From NCBI GenBank assembly GCA_963668175.1, contig OY764159.1, positions 4,064,001 to 4,128,000 on the forward strand: a stretch of 64,000 nucleotides of DNA, given 5' to 3'. The number at the start of each line of letters is the position of its first letter. The stretch's first letter is position 1. The notes beneath the pieces are model-generated. The model saw only the letters and a program-made list of their open reading frames with translations. It had not been told where the DNA came from and ran no database searches. Positions 29,756-39,491 of this stretch are shown here, in pieces. This stretch comes from Syntrophales bacterium. GTDB taxonomy: Bacteria; Desulfobacterota; Syntrophia; Syntrophales; PHBD01. The position numbers and the translations under genes were made by a program.

Positions 29756-31324
29756 ATGTCATTGAACGAAGTCAAACGTGTTTTGATCAGCGTAACCGAC
29801 AAGCAGGGCATCGTCGCGTTTGCCAAGGAGCTATCCGCATTCGGCGTCGAAATCCTCTCGACGGGAGGAACGGCTGCACAATTGAGGGACAGCGGTATCG
29901 CCGTGAAGGATGTTTCCGAATACACCGGATTTCCGGAAATGATGGACGGGCGCCTTAAGACCCTCCATCCCAAAATCCACGGCGGTCTTCTGGCCTTGAG
30001 GGACAATGACGCCCATGTGAAAGCGATGAAGGAACACGGCATCGAGAGAATCGACATGGTCGTTATCAACCTCTACCAGTTCGAACAGACCGTCGCCAAG
30101 GAAGGCTGCACGCTCGATCATGCCATCGAAAATATCGATATCGGCGGGCCGACGATGCTCAGGGCCGCAGCGAAGAACTACCGTTTTGTGACGGTCGTGA
30201 CGGATCCGGGCGACTACCCGGCAATCATCGAAGAGATGAAGAAGACGGGAGGGAAGATTTCCGGAGCCACAAACTACCGGCTGGCCGTCAAGACCTTCCA
30301 GCTCACGGCGCGCTATGACGCCGCCATATCCAATTACCTGGGCAAGATCGAACCGGAAGGCGGTCACAAGGACTTTCCGGATACGTTCACGGTCCAGTTC
30401 AAAATGGCCCAGAGCCTTCGTTACGGGGAGAATCCCCATCAGATGGCCGCATTCTACAGGGAGAGCGACCAATCCCTTTCGGCCGTAGCCAATGCCAGAC
30501 AGATACAGGGAAAAGAGCTGTCCTACAACAACATCATGGATTCGGACGCCGCCTGGCAGGCCGTGAGCGACTTCGACAAACCCGCCGCCGTCGTGATGAA
30601 ACATGCCAACCCCTGCGGCGCCGCGACATCGGATGTCAGCATCGGCGAAGCTTACCGGAAGGCCATGGAGACGGACCCCGTCTCGGCATTCGGAGGCATC
30701 GTCGCCCTGAATCGTCCTGTGGACAAGGAGAGCGCCGTCGAACTGGCCAAGACATTTCTGGAAGTGATCATCGCCCCCGCCTTCGACGAAGAAGCCAAGG
30801 CCATCCTCGGCGCCAGGAAGAACGTCCGGGTGCTGGAAATCCCTTCGGCCCTCGACCGGCAGGCCGCCGGATACGACTTCCGCAAGGTGGTCGGGGGTTT
30901 GCTGGTTCAAGACCGCGACCGGAAACAGTCCGATATCCGCGAGGCCAAGGTGGTCACCAAGAGAAAGCCTACGGAAGAAGAGTACCAGGCCCTCGATTTT
31001 GCCTGGCGGGTCGTTAAATACGTAAAATCGAACGCCATCGTCTACGCGACGAAAGACCAGTTGGTAGGCGTCGGCGCCGGCCAGATGAGCCGTGTCGATT
31101 CCGTGAAAATCGCCAAAATGAAAGCCAATCTCCCGACGAAGGGGTGCGTTCTCGCATCGGATGCCTTCTTCCCCTTCCGGGACGGCGTGGATATGGCCGC
31201 CGAGGCGGGCATCACGGCCATCATTCAGCCCGGGGGCTCTGTGAGGGACGAGGAAGCCATCCAGGCGGCGGACGAGCACGGCATGGCCATGATATTCACC
31301 GGCGTCCGCCATTTCAGGCATTAA
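29756..31324 (+). CDS. purH: Bifunctional AICAR transformylase/IMP cyclohydrolase
   Basis: [52 protein letters not shown]. Confidence 0.96.
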   Translation: MSLNEVKRVLISVTDKQGIVAFAKELSAFGVEILSTGGTAAQLRDSGIAVKDVSEYTGFPEMMDGRLKTLHPKIHGGLLALRDNDAHVKAMKEHGIERIDMVVINLYQFEQTVAKEGCTLDHAIENIDIGGPTMLRAAAKNYRFVTVVTDPGDYPAIIEEMKKTGGKISGATNYRLAVKTFQLTARYDAAISNYLGKIEPEGGHKDFPDTFTVQFKMAQSLRYGENPHQMAAFYRESDQSLSAVANARQIQGKELSYNNIMDSDAAWQAVSDFDKPAAVVMKHANPCGAATSDVSIGEAYRKAMETDPVSAFGGIVALNRPVDKESAVELAKTFLEVIIAPAFDEEAKAILGARKNVRVLEIPSALDRQAAGYDFRKVVGGLLVQDRDRKQSDIREAKVVTKRKPTEEEYQALDFAWRVVKYVKSNAIVYATKDQLVGVGAGQMSRVDSVKIAKMKANLPTKGCVLASDAFFPFRDGVDMAAEAGITAIIQPGGSVRDEEAIQAADEHGMAMIFTGVRHFRH

Positions 31325-31408
31325 TAACGGGATGTTTGCCGCAAGTCACGGAACAGAAGGCTGTATCCCACGAAATATTCTGACAACCCTATCGTTCGAG
31401 AGGACCGT

Positions 31409-31909
31409 ATGAAAGAAAAGGAAGGCATCCTGGTGAGCATCGTCATGGGAAGCGATTCCGACCTCCCCGTCATGGAGGAAGCGGCCAATATCCTGAAGTT
31501 TTTCGATATTCCCTACGAGCTCTATTTGACATCGGCCCACCGGGCGCCGGAAAGGACGGCTGCTTACGCCAAAGGCGCTGCCAAACGGGGCATCAAGCTT
31601 ATCATTGCCGGGGCAGGCGCAGCGGCCCATTTGGCCGGCGTTATTGCCTCCCAGACGCCGCTTCCGGTGATCGGCGTTCCCATCGACGCCACATCCTTAA
31701 ACGGCATGGACGCCCTGCTCGCAACCGTGCAGATGCCCGGGGGTATCCCCGTGGCCGCCATGGCTATCGGCAAGGCCGGTGCAAAAAACGCCGCCCTGCT
31801 CGCTGTGCGCATTCTGGCCCTGGAGGACCAGTCGCTCCGGAAAAAATTGCAGGCTTATATCAGGAAGCTGGCCCAAGATGTCGAAAAGAAGCAGGCCCGC
31901 CTGACATGA
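31409..31909 (+). CDS. purE: N5-CAIR mutase
   Basis: MGSDSD, SAHRAP, AAHLAG, VQMPGGIPVA. Confidence 0.95.
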   Translation: MKEKEGILVSIVMGSDSDLPVMEEAANILKFFDIPYELYLTSAHRAPERTAAYAKGAAKRGIKLIIAGAGAAAHLAGVIASQTPLPVIGVPIDATSLNGMDALLATVQMPGGIPVAAMAIGKAGAKNAALLAVRILALEDQSLRKKLQAYIRKLAQDVEKKQARLT

Positions 31910-32544
31910 CCCGCATACTCAAAATCGGCCCGGATCATCCGCAGGAGACCATACTGCGCGACGCCGTATGCATTCTGCGGGAGGGGGGTGTCATCGCCTA
32001 CCCGACCGAAACTTTTTATGGGCTGGGGGTTGATGCTGGAAACGAACAGGCCATCGAAAAGATATTCCGGATCAAGGGCAGGGAATTCAGGAATCCCATT
32101 GCCCTGATTATCGGCGATGAAAAACCGCTGAAAGGCTTGATAGACGAAATCACGCCCGCCGGTCTCATGCTCGCCGGTCAGTTCTGGCCAGGACCGTTGA
32201 CCCTGGTTATGAAGGCGTCTGAAAGGGTTTCGCCGCGGCTGACGGCAGGGTCGGGCAAGGTCGGCATCCGGGTATCGAGCCACCCCCTGGCACAAGCCCT
32301 GGCTACCGCCTTCGGAGGAGCGATCACGGCCACCAGCGCCAACCTGTCGGGAGGGCCGGAGTGCCTCGATGCTGCACAGGTTCTGGAACAGTTGAAAGGT
32401 CGGATCGATGCGGTTTTGGATGGAGGCGCCACCCTTGGAGGCAGGGGGTCCACTTTTCTGGACGTTACGGCAGATGCCCCTGTCCTGCTTCGTGAAGGCG
32501 CCGTGCCGGAGAAGCTTATTCGTTCGTATCTTGAAAAGCGGTAG
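31906..32544 (+). CDS. tsaC: Threonylcarbamoyl-AMP synthase (YrdC/TsaC, single domain)
   Basis: YPTETFYGL, KGR, FWPGPLT, TSANLSG. Confidence 0.92.
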   Translation: MTRILKIGPDHPQETILRDAVCILREGGVIAYPTETFYGLGVDAGNEQAIEKIFRIKGREFRNPIALIIGDEKPLKGLIDEITPAGLMLAGQFWPGPLTLVMKASERVSPRLTAGSGKVGIRVSSHPLAQALATAFGGAITATSANLSGGPECLDAAQVLEQLKGRIDAVLDGGATLGGRGSTFLDVTADAPVLLREGAVPEKLIRSYLEKR

Positions 32545-32561
32545 CTTTTTATCGCCCGCTG

Positions 32562-33482
32562 TTAATTTAAAAGACGTTCAGCCGCCAGGGGAACGACTCC
32601 GGTTACAACAGGCGCCCTCTTGTCCACACCGGCCTTGTCGATCGCGAAGACCAGCATGAAGGGAATCTCCCGGTTGGGCAGCAGTCTGTCTTTCGTAACG
32701 TTGGCATCCTGAGGCGTCGACAGACGCTTCTGAATCTCGCTCTCCTGCAAATTCATCAACTCCCCATCGCTCAAAGAGTTGCCGCAATAACTCATCCTCA
32801 TCTGCAGGATCCGGTTCGTGCCGTCGTAAACCTTTCCCTGGATTCGGATCCGTGTCAAAATCTCCTGGGACTTATTGACGACCTTCCCCTCCACAACCAG
32901 GAGCGGAACGCCTTCAGAGAAATAGGAATTCACGTAACGGTTCGTAACTTCCTTGATCTTGATGAGCCCCAGATTGACATCCCCCGGCTGCTTCTCCGCG
33001 CCGAAGATGTATTGAACCAGCGCCGTCGACCTGATGCCGCTCCAGGCCTGCTCACCTATTTCCGGAAAGAAGAAGAGATACAAACCGCCGCCGATAAGGA
33101 GATTGATGAGCAGTATCGGTACGATGAGTTTCCAGGAGAAACGGCTTTCCTTCCTCAGGTGGATCTCGTTCTCTTTCTCATCATCTTCATCGTCATCGTC
33201 TTCCTCATCGGAATGATGCAACCTGTTCTTCTGTATCTCTTCCGCCTCAACCGGCATGATGTCTTTCTCGATTTCGTCCGCAATCGATACGCTCGGCGAA
33301 TCAACCAATTTATCTTGACCTGCCTCGCTTCGCACGTCATCAGCAATCGGTCCGGCCGCATCGGACTTCCCGTAAAAGAATACATTTTGGCAGCGGCTGC
33401 ATCTGAGCCAGAAACCTGCATCTTTCACCATGGCATCGTCAAACCGGAACAGGGTCTTGCATTGATTACATTCAATATTCAT
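32562..33482 (-). CDS. MJ0042-type zinc-ribbon protein with acidic linker, TM segment and DUF3426-like domain
   Basis: CNQCKTLF...RCSRCQNVF, acidic run EEDDDDEDDE, one TM, periplasmic domain with LVVEGKVVN and IPFMLVF. Alternative start at 33500. Confidence 0.75.
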   Translation of the reverse strand: MNIECNQCKTLFRFDDAMVKDAGFWLRCSRCQNVFFYGKSDAAGPIADDVRSEAGQDKLVDSPSVSIADEIEKDIMPVEAEEIQKNRLHHSDEEDDDDEDDEKENEIHLRKESRFSWKLIVPILLINLLIGGGLYLFFFPEIGEQAWSGIRSTALVQYIFGAEKQPGDVNLGLIKIKEVTNRYVNSYFSEGVPLLVVEGKVVNKSQEILTRIRIQGKVYDGTNRILQMRMSYCGNSLSDGELMNLQESEIQKRLSTPQDANVTKDRLLPNREIPFMLVFAIDKAGVDKRAPVVTGVVPLAAERLLN

Positions 33483-33496
33483 ATGCCGTGCTCTGC

Positions 33497-34012
33497 TCAA
33501 TCCTGGACGACGTAAACGTCCGGAAGAAACCTGTATTGTTCATTAAAATCAAGGCCGTAACCGACGACAAAACCGTCGTCGATGGTAAATCCTACATAAT
33601 CGGCCTCGAATGTCACTTTTCTTTTCAAGCGCTTATCCAGAAAGGCGCATACCTTCAGGGACCGCGGATTGCGCTCCATGAGCCAATCGACAAAAAACTT
33701 GAGCGTCAGTCCCGTATCGACGATATCCTCGACAATCAGAATATCTTTCCCCCGGATGGAAGTCTCGATGTCTTTTGCGACGATGACTTTCCCGCTGCTG
33801 GCCGTACCCGCCCCATAACTGGCCAGGCGTGCGAAATCGACTGTACAGGGGATGCTGATATTGCGAATGAGGTCCGACATGAAGATAAAGGCCCCCTTGA
33901 GCACACCGATCATGATCAACTCCCTGCCTTCATAATCCCGTGAAATCTTTTCCGCCAGTTCACGGACCCGCCGATCGATGGCCTCTTTTGCAAAAAGAAC
34001 TTCTTTTTTCAT
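33497..34012 (-). CDS. hpt: Hypoxanthine phosphoribosyltransferase
   Basis: GVLKGAFIF, VEDIVDTGLTL, FVVGYGLD. Confidence 0.95.
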   Translation of the reverse strand: MKKEVLFAKEAIDRRVRELAEKISRDYEGRELIMIGVLKGAFIFMSDLIRNISIPCTVDFARLASYGAGTASSGKVIVAKDIETSIRGKDILIVEDIVDTGLTLKFFVDWLMERNPRSLKVCAFLDKRLKRKVTFEADYVGFTIDDGFVVGYGLDFNEQYRFLPDVYVVQD

Positions 34013-34174
34013 GGCTTATCCTCCCCACCCTGCGGGCACCATAGCCAAGTCATGACCATATGTCAATAAAAATAAAGGCATACCTTCTTATATTGCTCGG
34101 CACCGGCTACTTTCGCAGAGAAAGAAGGGCTTGACCGTGACCCAAATCACCAATCGGCAAGATTATTCGCATGC

Positions 34175-34987
34175 TTAAGTTTCGGGATAGATTTCGGCGA
34201 ATTCGTCGATACAGCCCTGGATGATGGCTTCCGCATGGAGAATGTCATCCTTGCGCCCGAATTCCGAGCAAAGGCAGAGGAATATTCGATCGAACCGGGA
34301 GCGTTCGAGTCCTAATGATTCGTAATCGATGTGGTTGATCATGTACTGGGAGCCGTCGAAGTAGTATTTGCCGAACCTCTGGGTATCGGACGACCGATAG
34401 GGCCAGGATGTCTTGAGTGAAAAGAAACGGCGGGCCGCTTCCCTGACACGGCTTTTGGCAAACATGTCCGAAGAGGGCATTTCGCAGACCCTCTCGCTGA
34501 TCAGGCGGAAATAGTCCTTGACCAGATCGATGTCCGTGACGCAAAGGCCATAGAGGTACCAGTCGTCAAGAATATTGATGAGCGCCCGCTTCTCTTCGCG
34601 GGCGATATAGTGATAGCTGGGACAAAAGTGTCCTTCGCAGAGTTCCTTCCCGTAGAAGGAAACCGTCCTCATATCGAGCCCTTCGTTCTGAAGGGGATGA
34701 AGAAGGCAGCCGACCTTTTTTTCGCCGCTGTCCAGAAATCCCAGGTATTCGCAGCAGTATATGACCTCGTAGCGTTTGGTTTGGTCTTCTGAGGCCATGA
34801 TTCTTTCGGCAAAACCAGGTAAGTCTTCGGGTTTTCTAACACTTTTTCGAAAGATATCCGTCCTGCTTCGTAACCGGCGGACGAGGGAATCCCGGGAACT
34901 GTCGGCATAATTATAGAGACCGCAACACGCCCCGCAGGACATGCCTTCGCATGGCTGACAAAGATGGACGAATCCTTCTTCCGGCAT
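34175..34987 (-). CDS. Cysteine-rich hypothetical protein (possible Fe-S/Zn binding)
   Basis: 270-aa ORF with CQPC..SCGACCG, CCEY, GCLLHP, C..HFCPS. Confidence 0.7.
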   Translation of the reverse strand: MPEEGFVHLCQPCEGMSCGACCGLYNYADSSRDSLVRRLRSRTDIFRKSVRKPEDLPGFAERIMASEDQTKRYEVIYCCEYLGFLDSGEKKVGCLLHPLQNEGLDMRTVSFYGKELCEGHFCPSYHYIAREEKRALINILDDWYLYGLCVTDIDLVKDYFRLISERVCEMPSSDMFAKSRVREAARRFFSLKTSWPYRSSDTQRFGKYYFDGSQYMINHIDYESLGLERSRFDRIFLCLCSEFGRKDDILHAEAIIQGCIDEFAEIYPET

Positions 34988-35131
34988 CGGGCAAAAACCC
35001 GCCTTTCATGAAGTGCTATCAATCGCCACGGCTATATATGCGTTATGATATTGCAGGTCAAGATTAAAGATGTTAAGGAAACAGACCGGTAAACGACAGC
35101 AAATCACTTCATCCCTACAGGATATGCCGTT

Positions 35132-35542
35132 ATGACGAAACTGATTGAAACCATTACGCTGCCCAACGGTTTGATCCTCGAGATCATAGACCGATCAAGG
35201 CCGATCGCCGCAGATACGACGCAGGTGGTATTCGTTGCCCAAATAGTCGTCACTCTTGACGAATCGTTCTTCAGCGGTCGAGAACATTACGAGGCCACCC
35301 GAAAGGTCTTCGGTCCTCAACTCACTTATACCTACCGCAAAGAGAGGACCTTCGTCCGGACCCAGGATAAAGATTCCGTTTTCAGTGACTTGGTCGAAAC
35401 ATTCAAGAACGATACCATGGCTTACCTTTCTCACAGGGATTTTCCCCGCCGGTTTGCCTTGTCAAAGCTGCGAGATATCCTGAGCCATCCTTATAAGTAC
35501 TCTCCACCACAGAGCATAGAGACGTCAGGGGAAGAGACGTAA
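35132..35542 (+). CDS. Hypothetical protein
   Basis: 136-aa ORF with AGGA RBS and protein-like composition, filling the gap before lysS. Confidence 0.7.
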   Translation: MTKLIETITLPNGLILEIIDRSRPIAADTTQVVFVAQIVVTLDESFFSGREHYEATRKVFGPQLTYTYRKERTFVRTQDKDSVFSDLVETFKNDTMAYLSHRDFPRRFALSKLRDILSHPYKYSPPQSIETSGEET

Positions 35543-35740
35543 CCTCACCGGCAGCCCCCATCGCCTCAACCCGGCTAATCGGTTCTCCCGGGCTGTATTA
35601 TAGGACAGGCCTGCTAAAGAATTGTTAAGGCGGTATTATGTCATAACAATTCGTCCTTGACTAATCCCGGAAAACGATATAGTCAAGCGCACTTTAACAA
35701 GGGGCATTCTGCCCGGCAAAGAAGCGAATGGACGGTCAAT

Positions 35741-37219
35741 ATGGAAGAAAGCGAACTCCTGAAAAAAAGAAAAGAGAAGATGGCATCCCTGAAGGAACAG
35801 GGTATTGATTTATACGTCAACGACGTTGAGGTGAAGGACACGACGGCATCTATCCTGTCCAAATGCCAGGATATGGACAATGAGGCATTGGCCGGTTTAA
35901 CGGAGCGTTTCTCCATAGCGGGCAGGCTTATGGCCGTGCGGGATTTCGGCAAGGGCGCTTTCATCAGCGTTCAGGACAGAAAAGGCCGGCTGCAGGGATT
36001 GATCAGCAAGAATATCCTCGGAGAAGATGTATTCAATCTCTTTAAGCGCTGCGACGTCGGAGACATCGTATATCTCGCAGGAAGGATGATGAAGACGAGG
36101 ACGGGTGAACTGACGATCGAAACGGCGGAATTTCGCCTTTTGTCCAAATCCGTAAGACCTCTTCCGGAAAAATGGCACGGACTGACCGATGTTGAAACGA
36201 GATACCGGCAGCGCCACCTCGATCTGATCGTCAACCCCAAGGTGAAAGATGTCTTTTACAAGCGCAGCCGCATCATTCACCTTATCCGTCAGTTCATGGA
36301 TTCCCGTGATTTTCTGGAGGTCGAAACGCCTATGATGCAGCCGAAGGCAGGGGGGGCCGTGGCTCGGCCGTTCAAGACCTTCCACAATGCCCTGGGAATG
36401 GATTTTTACCTTCGGATCGCCCCTGAATTGTATCTGAAAAGGCTGATAACCGGCGGCATGGACCGGGTCTATGAAATCAACCGCAATTTCAGAAATGAAG
36501 GCATTTCGTCTTTCCATAATCCGGAATTCACCATGATGGAGTTCTATCAGGCCTATACAACCTACAAAGAACTCATGACCATGACGGAAGATCTCTTCGT
36601 CTTTCTTGCCGATGATATATTCGGATTGTTACAGTTTACCTACCAGGGTACATCCGTGGATTTAACGCCGCCGTGGCGCAGGATTTCCGTTCACGATGCC
36701 ATCGTCGAGTTGGGCAATATCGATCCCGAAGCGCTCCGGAGCAAGGATCAGGCATTGGCCTGCGCAAGAGAACTGGGGCTCGACGTCAAGGATTCGGACC
36801 CGTTGGGCAAGGTCTGCATGGCCATCTTCGACGAAGTGGTCGAGCCCAAGCTCATACAACCGACCTTCATAACGCTTTATCCCGTCGATGTTTCTCCCCT
36901 TTCGAGACGCAATGCGAGCGACCCTGCCCTTACCGACCGTTTTGAGCTTTACATATGCGGCAGGGAAATCGCCAACGCCTTCTCGGAACTCAACGATCCC
37001 GAGGACCAGCGGGGAAGATTTCTCATGCAATTGCAGGAACGCGAAGCCGGCGATGACGAAGCTCATGAAATGGACGAGGACTATATCCAGGTTCTCGAAT
37101 ACGGCATGCCTCCGACAGGCGGAGAAGGAATCGGCATTGACAGGCTGGTCATGCTCTTTACCGATTCGGCGTCAATCCGGGACGTCATTCTATTCCCCCA
37201 CATGAGAACGAAGGAGTGA
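35741..37219 (+). CDS. lysS: Lysine-tRNA ligase (class II)
   Basis: LPEKWHGL, YLRIAPELYLKRL, FRNEG, YGMPPTGGEGIGIDRL. Start moved to ATG 35741. Confidence 0.96.
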   Translation: MEESELLKKRKEKMASLKEQGIDLYVNDVEVKDTTASILSKCQDMDNEALAGLTERFSIAGRLMAVRDFGKGAFISVQDRKGRLQGLISKNILGEDVFNLFKRCDVGDIVYLAGRMMKTRTGELTIETAEFRLLSKSVRPLPEKWHGLTDVETRYRQRHLDLIVNPKVKDVFYKRSRIIHLIRQFMDSRDFLEVETPMMQPKAGGAVARPFKTFHNALGMDFYLRIAPELYLKRLITGGMDRVYEINRNFRNEGISSFHNPEFTMMEFYQAYTTYKELMTMTEDLFVFLADDIFGLLQFTYQGTSVDLTPPWRRISVHDAIVELGNIDPEALRSKDQALACARELGLDVKDSDPLGKVCMAIFDEVVEPKLIQPTFITLYPVDVSPLSRRNASDPALTDRFELYICGREIANAFSELNDPEDQRGRFLMQLQEREAGDDEAHEMDEDYIQVLEYGMPPTGGEGIGIDRLVMLFTDSASIRDVILFPHMRTKE

Positions 37220-37302
37220 ACGTGGAGCGGACAGGGCGATGAACGTGAATTAAGCCGTTATATTCGGATCGGATTGCCTTCACCCTGCTGCCACAGCACG
37301 CT

Positions 37303-38583
37303 ATGTCTTCCTACGAATTTTTCATCAGTCTGCGATACTTGCGGGCCAAGAGGAAACAGGTCTTCGTTTCCGTCATCACCTTCATCTCCGTCGCCGGGAT
37401 ATTTCTGGGCGTTGCCGCCCTGATTATCGTCCTGGCCGTCATGAACGGGTTTGAAACGGACTTGCGCAACAAAATCCTGGGAGTCAATTCCCATGTCGTT
37501 CTGATGGAGTACACCGGTCCGATGAAGAACTACCCGGAAGTGATGCAGAAAATAGCCGGCATAAAAGGCGTGGTTGCTTCGACGCCGTTCATCTACGGTC
37601 AGACGATATTGAAGCATGGCGACCGCGTCAGCGGTATCGTTCTTCGCGGATTGTCCGAGGACGATGCATTCAAAGTGATCAGCCTGGGCAGAATGAGAGA
37701 AGGGGGTCTTGACTATCTTTCCGCCAACAAACGTTCAACGCTGAGTCTGGACGGCAGCAAGGCGGGGCTTCCCGGTATTCTGATCGGCAAGGAACTGGCC
37801 AAGAATCTGGGGCTGTTCTTTCTGGACACCGTCAGCGTCATTTCCCCGATGGGAATATCCACACCGATGGGCATGGTCCCACGGCTCAAGAACTTCCTTA
37901 TCGTCGGCATCTTCGACTCGGGATTCTATGAATACGATTCGACCTTGGCCTACATTTCCCTCAGGGATTGCCAGGATTTCCTCAACATGGGCAATACGGT
38001 GACCGGCATCGAAATCAAAGTGGACGATATTTACAAAGCCGACACCATCGCCAAGAATATTGAAAAGAAACTGGGGTTCCCCTTCTGGGCCCGCCACTGG
38101 ATGGAAATGAACAAGAATCTTTTCTCCGCCCTGAAACTGGAGAAAAGGGTCATGTTCATCATTTTAAGCCTGATCGTTCTGGTGGCGACGTTCAACATCG
38201 TTACGGCGCTGATCATGGTCGTCATGGAAAAGAATAAGGACATCGCCGTATTGAAATCCATGGGGGCTACGTCGAAAAGCGTCATGAAGATATTTGTTCT
38301 TCAGGGTCTTATCATCAGCATCACAGGAACGATCCTGGGTTGTATCGGCGGTCTTGCCGTCGCTATAAACCTGAACTGGATATCAAAAGTCATAGAAAAG
38401 ATCTTCCATTTTAAGATACTGCCAGGGGATGTCTATTATCTGAGCGAATTGCCGTCACGCGTCAATCCCACAGATGTTCTGATCATCGTCGCGGGAACGA
38501 TCCTGATCAGTTTCCTGTCCACCATCTATCCGTCCTGGCGCGCCGCAAAACTGGATCCTGCAGAAGCGCTAAGGTACGAGTAA
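37303..38583 (+). CDS. lolE: Lipoprotein-releasing ABC transporter permease LolC/E
   Basis: LRYLRAK, VLAVMNGF, PSWRAAKLDPAEALRYE. Confidence 0.9.
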   Translation: MSSYEFFISLRYLRAKRKQVFVSVITFISVAGIFLGVAALIIVLAVMNGFETDLRNKILGVNSHVVLMEYTGPMKNYPEVMQKIAGIKGVVASTPFIYGQTILKHGDRVSGIVLRGLSEDDAFKVISLGRMREGGLDYLSANKRSTLSLDGSKAGLPGILIGKELAKNLGLFFLDTVSVISPMGISTPMGMVPRLKNFLIVGIFDSGFYEYDSTLAYISLRDCQDFLNMGNTVTGIEIKVDDIYKADTIAKNIEKKLGFPFWARHWMEMNKNLFSALKLEKRVMFIILSLIVLVATFNIVTALIMVVMEKNKDIAVLKSMGATSKSVMKIFVLQGLIISITGTILGCIGGLAVAINLNWISKVIEKIFHFKILPGDVYYLSELPSRVNPTDVLIIVAGTILISFLSTIYPSWRAAKLDPAEALRYE

Positions 38584-38725
38584 CGGTCCTTACCGCCAAT
38601 GGAGCAGAGGTCATCATTGTGAATATCCTGATTACGACAACACCATGCAGGCATGCAGCCTTGGTCTTGGAGCATGTTGAAAACCGTTTGCTTTCCTTAA
38701 CTTGCTGTACGGATACGAATGAGCG

Positions 38726-39397
38726 ATGATTGCCATAAGAGATCTGCACAAAATCTTTATCAAAGATCATAATGAAATTCATGTCTTGAAAGGACTCAAC
38801 TTTGACATTGAACGAGGAGATTCTCTTGCGGTCCTGGGGGTTTCCGGAGCCGGTAAGAGTACGTTGCTTCACATTGTCGGTACGCTCGACCATCCAACGT
38901 CCGGCACCATCTCCTTTGACGGCGTCAACGTTTTCGACTGGGACGAAGCGAGACTTGCGGCATTCAGAAATAAGAAGATCGGTTTCGTGTTTCAATTCAA
39001 CAATCTGCTGCCTGAATTCAGCAGTCTCGAGAATGTCATGATGCCTCTTCTCATCAGCGGATCGTCCAAAAAAGAAGCTGTCAGACGGTCGGTATCGCTT
39101 CTGGAAGAAGTCGGCCTCGCAGATCGAACCACTCACAAGCCCGGCGAACTGTCCGGAGGTGAACAACAGCGGGTGGCCGTGGCCCGAGCCCTGATCATGG
39201 AGCCGGAAGTCATTCTCGCCGATGAACCGACAGGAAACCTTGACACGGAAACAGGAAAAAAGGTAGAAGACGTTCTCATTTCCATGAACAAGAAGAGACG
39301 GATTACGCTCATTGTGGCCACGCACAATCAATCACTCGCGGAACGAATGTCCAGGAGCATGGGCTTAAAAGATGGCAAGATCGACCTCCATGAATAA
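38726..39397 (+). CDS. lolD: Lipoprotein-releasing ABC transporter ATP-binding protein
   Basis: [32 protein letters not shown]. Confidence 0.9.
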   Translation: MIAIRDLHKIFIKDHNEIHVLKGLNFDIERGDSLAVLGVSGAGKSTLLHIVGTLDHPTSGTISFDGVNVFDWDEARLAAFRNKKIGFVFQFNNLLPEFSSLENVMMPLLISGSSKKEAVRRSVSLLEEVGLADRTTHKPGELSGGEQQRVAVARALIMEPEVILADEPTGNLDTETGKKVEDVLISMNKKRRITLIVATHNQSLAERMSRSMGLKDGKIDLHE

Positions 39398-39491
39398 GCG
39401 GTCAATGAGAACGACACCCTGCACGCATACATGCCTGCCGAATATGGATGCAACATGGCAGCCGTCGGGAAACCTTTCTTTCCCACGCTAC

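Noticed and set aside
29831..31321. 496-aa minus-strand ORF
   Set aside because: Antisense shadow of purH.
33170..33215. TCATC-type short repeats
   Set aside because: They simply encode an acidic low-complexity linker (EEDDDDEDDE).
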